DNA of 64,000 nt from Candidatus Deferrimicrobiaceae bacterium (GTDB lineage Bacteria; Desulfobacterota; Deferrimicrobia; Deferrimicrobiales; Deferrimicrobiaceae). A program made the position numbers and the translations under genes. Numbering within the stretch: the first letter of the stretch is position 1; every line of letters begins with the position of its first letter. Location: contig CAWBVY010000009.1 in NCBI GenBank assembly GCA_963792415.1, positions 1 through 64,000 of the forward strand, in the 5' to 3' direction. The notes under the pieces are model-generated. The model was not told the DNA's origin. It searched no databases and was given only the letters and a program-made list of their open reading frames with translations. Below are positions 58,720-64,000 of this stretch, one piece after another.

Positions 58720-61700
58720 CTATGAGGAGCGGAGCGAGTTCAGGAGATTCCGGGTCTTCGGGGACGGTTCCACCCCCAGGGAAGATAAGATTTTACGAAG
58801 GCGATCGTACGCCGCAAGCGCCTCCGCCTTTCGGTCCTCGGCCAGATAGCAGCGCATCAGGGACTGGTAGAACTCCTCCGCCAGGTCGTCCACGTCGATC
58901 CCTCCCCGGTAGCACACGCGGGCCTTTTCCCACTCCCCCGCCCGCATCCAGTGGGCTCCCAGCCGGCCCACGGTCGACAGGTACCTGCTCCGCAGACGCT
59001 CGCGCATGGAAACCGGCCAGGATCGCCCCGCCTCTTCCGTCAGAAAGGGTCCACGGTACAGCGGCAGCGCCTTTTCCTCCAGTTTCGCGGCGCCCTCCTT
59101 CCCCCCGGTTTCTCCCAGGGATGCCGCCTTTCCCAGGAGGCGCTCGAAGGCGAAGGCGTCCACCCAGCAATACCGCGGATCCAGGCTGATAACCCCTTCC
59201 TGGCGCCGCACGGCCTCCTCGTGACCGAGCAGCTGGCGCAGGCGACGCAGCGCGACGGACATCGACTGGATCGCCATGTCCCCTTCCGCCTCGGGCCAGA
59301 CCGCATCGGTGATCTGCTCTTCCCGGACGGCTCTGCCGCCGAAGGCGATCAGCGCCTTAAGCAGGTCCAACGGCCGCTTCTGCGCCTTCCGGGAATAGGT
59401 GAGCGGCCTGCCGTCCTTGAGGATCCCGAACCGCCCGAGGGTGTAGACCGCGACCGGCCAGGGCCAGGTTTCGACTTCGAGGGGCGGGGAGGCCGGGACC
59501 AGGTTCCTCTTCCGGATGAGCTCCTGGACGTACGATGCCTCGATTCCCTCCTCCAGGGCTTTCATGCATTGGCGGGTCATGAACGAGGGGATCCAGCTGT
59601 CGTAGTGGAAATACCTGTTCTCCCTCCCGATGGAAAGCGCCTTTCCGAGGGAGGCGAGACCCGATCCCTTATCGCCCCGGAGAACGCGATGTCGGCTTTC
59701 ACCAGGAGGCACTGGAACTCGAGGATGGGGCTTCTCATCCCCAGGGCGATCCGTTCGGCTTTCTCCAGATGGTTCGCCGCATCCTCCGTCTTTCCGATTT
59801 CGTTATCGAGTCTTGCCATGTACACGTTCCCCAGCGCAATTCCGCAAGGTGCGCCGCAGTCGGTTACCAGCGCATCGGCCGTCTCCTCGAGGGACAACGC
59901 AAGAGGGATGTCCCCTTTGAGCGCGGCGTGCCACGAGGAGAGATGGTGAAAAAAGGCCTGGTGTATGTCTGACCTGTCCCGAGGAACGGCGCCATCCGTC
60001 GGAGGCATTCCGATGCGGAATCGAGATCCCCCTTCCCAAGGAATGCAGAGGTTTCTTCGCCCAGCAAGAGGAAATCCCAGAGGTGGATCCCGCTCGTCGC
60101 CGCGATTTCCATCCCCCTGTCGGCGGACCGGATCGAATCGTCGAACTGCGCGACCCCGCAGTACAGTCTTGCCTCGAACAGATGGAATAGAATCCTTCGT
60201 TGAGGCTGGGAGGTCGAAGAGGATATCCATTCACGAGTCGACTCGACGATACCGCGCGCCCTTGCGAAATCCCCGATCCAGATGAAATACAGGAACAGGT
60301 ACAAGGTTGCCTGAAGCCGTACCAGGTCGTCCTTGCATACCCGGATCATGGATGACGCCTTCTTCACCCATGCCTCGATATCCGGGTGATCCACCCGCCT
60401 CATATACAACCCGCCCAGCAGGCTCGCCACCACACGGGCTTCGATCTCCGGGGAGGGGAAGGATGGGAACCTTTTCGTAATCTCGTCGAATCTGTCGATC
60501 CACGCATCCAGCGCCTTGAAATCGTTCAGATACATGCACAGGTTGTCGATGATCAGCGACCAGGTGAGAAACGTTCCAACCGGGTCCTTCCGGTCCCAGA
60601 ACCGTTCGAAGGACCGCTCCGCATGGCTCCTGCTCTCGACGGGGTCGAATGGCATCCGGCATGCTCCGAGCCAGTACAAATGCCAGGGGGATTCCTGAAC
60701 GGTGTTCTCCGGCAGACGTCCCAGCCACCCTTGCAGAATCCGGGTCCTCCCCTGCGCGACAAGGGACGCGGCGTGGGCTAGGACCAATCTTGAAATGGAT
60801 GCATGGTCCCCGATGTCGGAAAACAGGGCTACAGCGTCTTCGACCTGGCCCATCCCCTCGAGAAGCTCGGCAGCCCTCCGCTTGACGGCACGCATATCCT
60901 GTTCCCCCAGGATATCCGGGGCTCGGGAGAGCAGAAATTCCCGGAACAGGGGATGGTATCGGTACAGGGGCTCCAGGTGCCTATGTTCCATCAGGAAGAG
61001 GTTGTTCCCGCAGAGGTACGAGAGCAGTTCCGGCGCCCTCCTCTCGCCTGTCAGCGCTTCCGCCGCGGTTGCCGTCATGTCGGGCAGAAAAGCGGTCTTC
61101 AGGAGAAACGCCCTGACGGATTTCCCCAACCTCCCGAAGATCTCGCTCCCGAAATAGTCGAACAACCCCCGGGGGGTGCGGTGCGTGAGGGGCGGGGGTT
61201 CAACACTTCGTGACCGGCTGCCTTCCAGCATGAGGACCAAACCCGCCACCCAGCCGTCCGTCGTGTCGTGGAGATCGCGAATCCCCTTGTCGGAATGCCT
61301 CTTCTCTCCGCGGCGCCGGGCGATTTTCCCGCACTCGCCAAGCGTCAGTCGAAGGTCCTCCCAGCCGATGGTCTCCAACCGGTTGTTGACACGGAACCGG
61401 GCAAAGGCGGGGGGAGGGTCGCCGCGGCTGACAAGAAAAACGGTCGTTCCTTCGGGGACCCGGGAGAGGCCGGTTACGATCACATCGTGAAGGGAGGATT
61501 TTGCGGGGATCTCCTGGTAATCGTCGAAGACCAGCGCCCGGGCGGGAGAAAGCCGGGCAAAGAGGTTTTCAAAAAAAAGCCGGTTAAACTCCTGAATCCC
61601 CGTCAGGTATTCCGGGGTCAGCAGGGGAAGGGGCTTGCGCATCCGGGGGGCCGCCCGTTTTGCCGCGACCCCGAGGTAGTAGAAGAAGCTGGCAAGATCG

Positions 61701-61921
61701 TCGTCCCCTGCGTCGACCCGATACCAGAGGGCGGGAATGTTCCGGGCCTCGAGGTAGGAACTGACCAGGGTTGTTTTCCCGCACCCCGGAGGACCGCATA
61801 CCCACACCAGCGAACCCTTCCTGCAACTCCGGTCGACGAGGCGGAAGAGCCTCGTTCTGGGCAGGCACCCGCTTGGGACGGGCCGGGTGATCTTGGCAAG
61901 CGGGGGCGGCAGGATGGCCAT
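58720..61921 (-). CDS. MalT-like STAND ATPase-TPR-BTAD (SARP-type) transcriptional regulator, frameshifted
   Basis: GPPGCGKTT, LVFDDY, GWVAGL, YRYHPLFREFL; C-terminal YTLGRF, WPEAEG, WVDA.AFE, LYRGPFL, EE.YQ.LM. Confidence 0.82.
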
Positions 61922-62142
61922 GGCTCCCCTCGGAGGGTACGATACAATAACCAGCTCACGGCAACCTTATACAAGTCATTGTACTGCGAATAGTGTCAAG
62001 AAAAGAGTCTTGACCCCGGACGGGCGGCACGGGGGGTCGCCGGCCAACCCGCAAGAAAGATACGTGGTGCCCTTCCTGGGAACCGCAAGTTTCCCGGGAA
62101 TGATACCTTTCGCATGTCCGGGAATCGGGGGTGGGTCACCCG

Positions 62143-62763
62143 TCAGCGCCGCTGAAACCAGTACCACGCGGAAGGGTTGCCGTTCTCTTCCCCGGTCGCC
62201 ATCCGGACGTTGTAGAACTCCGCCCGCAGCAAGGAGTCGACCTCTTCGGCGGCGATGCCGACAACCTCGCCTTCCCGTGTTCTCGGCAGCCAGGCGTAGA
62301 GCATGTACCAGGCTTGCGGCCGCAGCAATCGGGACAGGCTCGTGACGTATCGCGCCCGATCTTCCGCCTTCAGGGAATGCAGGCAGCCGATGTCCAGAAC
62401 GTAGTCGAAAGGACCGGACAGGGCGGAAAGGTCGGTGACGCTCGCAACAAGAAATTCGATCGCCACTCCGCTCCGGGCCGCCTTGGCGCGGGCGGCGAGG
62501 ATGGCTTTCGGTATGAAATCGACGCCCGTGACCCGCCATCCGTACCGGGCCAGGGTGACGGCATTGGTTCCCGTGCCGCAGCCCAGATCCAGCGCTTTTC
62601 CGGGCGGGGTCCGGGCGAGGAATTCCATCACCTCGGGCGGGGTGACTTGCGTGTCCCAGGGGGTCTTCCTGCGCCAGTAGCGCCATTGGAATTTCCAGCG
62701 GTTGGGCAGGATGGACCCGATCCGTTCGTGCCACAAGCCCGGAAACCCCCTTCCCTTCTCCAT
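62143..62763 (-). CDS. class I SAM-dependent methyltransferase
   Basis: TPWDT, ALDLGCGTG, VTGVDF, FDYVLDIGCLH. Confidence 0.85.
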   Translation of the reverse strand: MEKGRGFPGLWHERIGSILPNRWKFQWRYWRRKTPWDTQVTPPEVMEFLARTPPGKALDLGCGTGTNAVTLARYGWRVTGVDFIPKAILAARAKAARSGVAIEFLVASVTDLSALSGPFDYVLDIGCLHSLKAEDRARYVTSLSRLLRPQAWYMLYAWLPRTREGEVVGIAAEEVDSLLRAEFYNVRMATGEENGNPSAWYWFQRR

Positions 62764-62777
62764 CGGTCGGACAGCGG

Positions 62778-62836
62778 CCTGCCCCCCGGTTTCAGACCCG
62801 TTCCACGCGGGGAGCTGCGAGGGATTTCCCCTTGCC
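62778..62836. repeat. dispersed intergenic repeat family B, copy 3
   Basis: 24-bp identity and ungapped ~59-bp similarity to 24797-24855. Confidence 0.7.
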
Positions 62837-62849
62837 CGTTTCCACCGGA

Positions 62850-63656
62850 TTACGCTTGATACAGGTGGACGTCCCGCTGCGGGAACGGGATGGAAATCCC
62901 CTCTGCGTCGAACCGCTTCTTGATCTTCTCGGTCGTTTCGAAGTAGACATCCCAGTAATCTTCCGTTTTGACCCAGGGACGAACGGCGAAGTTGACGCTG
63001 CTGTCCCCCAGCTCCAGAACGGCGATCGTCGGGGCCGGGTCCTTCAGGACGCGTTCATCACCGTTCAGAACGTCCGCGACAACGCCCTTCACTTTCCCGA
63101 TCTCGTCCCGATAGCTCACTCCGATGACGAGATCCACGCGACGTTTGTCTTTCCTCGTGTAATTGGTGACGTTGTCGCCGGTGATCTTCGCATTCGGAAT
63201 GATGATGGTCTTGTTGTCGGGCGTGCGCAGTTGCGTCGTGAAGATCTGCATCTCCTCCACGATGCCCGAGACGCCTGCGCCCTCGATGAAATCGCCGACC
63301 TGGAACGGACGGAATATGACCATCAGGACGCCGGCGGCGAAGTTCGCCAGCGACCCTTGCAGCGCCAATCCAATGGCCAGACCGGCCGCGCCGATCACGG
63401 CGATGAACGATGTCGTTTGAATCCCCAGTTGCGCGAGTGCCGCCAGAATCACGAACGTGAGGAGGGAAAAGTAGATCAGATGCCCGACGAAGGTCACGAG
63501 TGTCGCGTCGACCTTGCTGCTGGCCATCAATTTCCCGGTGGTGTTCCGGAGGAACCTCGCCACCCAACGTCCGACGACAACGATCAGGATCGCGGTGAGC
63601 ATATTGATGCCGAATGCCGCCACCCATGCCTGCATCTTCGCGACGATTTCTTCCAT
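62850..63656 (-). CDS. mscS: small-conductance mechanosensitive channel
   Basis: LGIQTTSFIAVIGAAGLAIGLALQGSLANFAAG, RPF.VGD, IPN, IPFPQRDVH. Confidence 0.93.
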   Translation of the reverse strand: MEEIVAKMQAWVAAFGINMLTAILIVVVGRWVARFLRNTTGKLMASSKVDATLVTFVGHLIYFSLLTFVILAALAQLGIQTTSFIAVIGAAGLAIGLALQGSLANFAAGVLMVIFRPFQVGDFIEGAGVSGIVEEMQIFTTQLRTPDNKTIIIPNAKITGDNVTNYTRKDKRRVDLVIGVSYRDEIGKVKGVVADVLNGDERVLKDPAPTIAVLELGDSSVNFAVRPWVKTEDYWDVYFETTEKIKKRFDAEGISIPFPQRDVHLYQA

Positions 63657-63792
63657 TCCTCGACTCCTTTCTTTGGGGGAAAAGCCGAAAACGAGCACTT
63701 CTTCAACCGGCACCAGGGTCAGGGGGATCGCTGCATATTTCCCACTCCCTGCAACCACCCCCTGCACGGAACAGACCGTCGCCTGCTCCGTC

Positions 63793-64000
63793 TTATTCGC
63801 TCAACCATTCCTGCGCCGCTGCCAGTTCGCTGTTGCTGAAAATCCTGACATGTCCGGGCATGACGAAACCGAACGTCTTCATTGCCGTGCGGATCCACCC
63901 CACATCGGTGACCACGGCAACCCGTTCCCAGGCAGCGAGATGCTGCAAACCCACCTTGGCATCGTCCCACATGGCTTTCGCGTCGAACCCCGCGAACTCG
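63793..64000 (-). CDS. STAS/SEC14 (SpoIIAA-like) domain protein, 3' part
   Basis: GFDAKAMWDDAKVGLQHLAAWERVAVVTDVGWI...AQEWLSE-stop, my own translation; runs off the window. Confidence 0.75.
   Translation of the reverse strand, partial: EFAGFDAKAMWDDAKVGLQHLAAWERVAVVTDVGWIRTAMKTFGFVMPGHVRIFSNSELAAAQEWLSE

Noticed and set aside
62020-62100. Possible sigma54 promoter or riboswitch (GGCACGGGGGGTCGC; GCAA hairpin)
   Set aside because: Spacing is GG-N11-GC and there is no plus-strand gene downstream; the hairpin is explained as a terminator-like stem after the methyltransferase.

Overview
GC-rich bacterial window, probably from a deltaproteobacterial-type (Desulfobacterota-like) long-read assembly; this taxonomy is inferred from gene content only. 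The first 3.1 kb look like core genome: a tRNA His-Arg-(Lys?) cluster, a frameshifted copA and tRNA-Arg(TCT). Directly after tRNA-Arg(TCT) lies a C-terminal remnant of a tyrosine integrase. The remaining ~60 kb is a mosaic of unrelated 2-10 kb gene blocks with many gene fragments at their edges. The main unexplained structure is a repeated module of about 270 bp. Each copy holds the 5' half of a tRNA-Arg(ACG), cut at the anticodon loop, with its own sigma70 promoter and paired GTTTGC(G/A) boxes exactly 128 bp from the core (both sides in copies 2 and 3, right side only in copy 1). Three well-preserved copies (~3.55, 7.27, 12.22 kb) and two decayed copies (~47.9, 56.6 kb) lie in the same orientation between integrase-less cargo blocks, suggesting a tRNA-att-based cassette array. 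Cargo includes a DUF1254/DUF1214 pair, an acyl-CoA dehydrogenase, chalcone-isomerase-like and lipocalin genes, phospholipase D/TAXI/LssY, ChrB-TerC, three TRL-like lipoproteins, a sigma54-regulated Bfu/NfnABC-like Fe-S flavoenzyme, a kinase with a divergent enolase, a di-haem cytochrome c peroxidase, a MalT/BTAD regulator and mscS. Many genes are frameshifted, especially from 38 to 61 kb, probably through sequencing indels.
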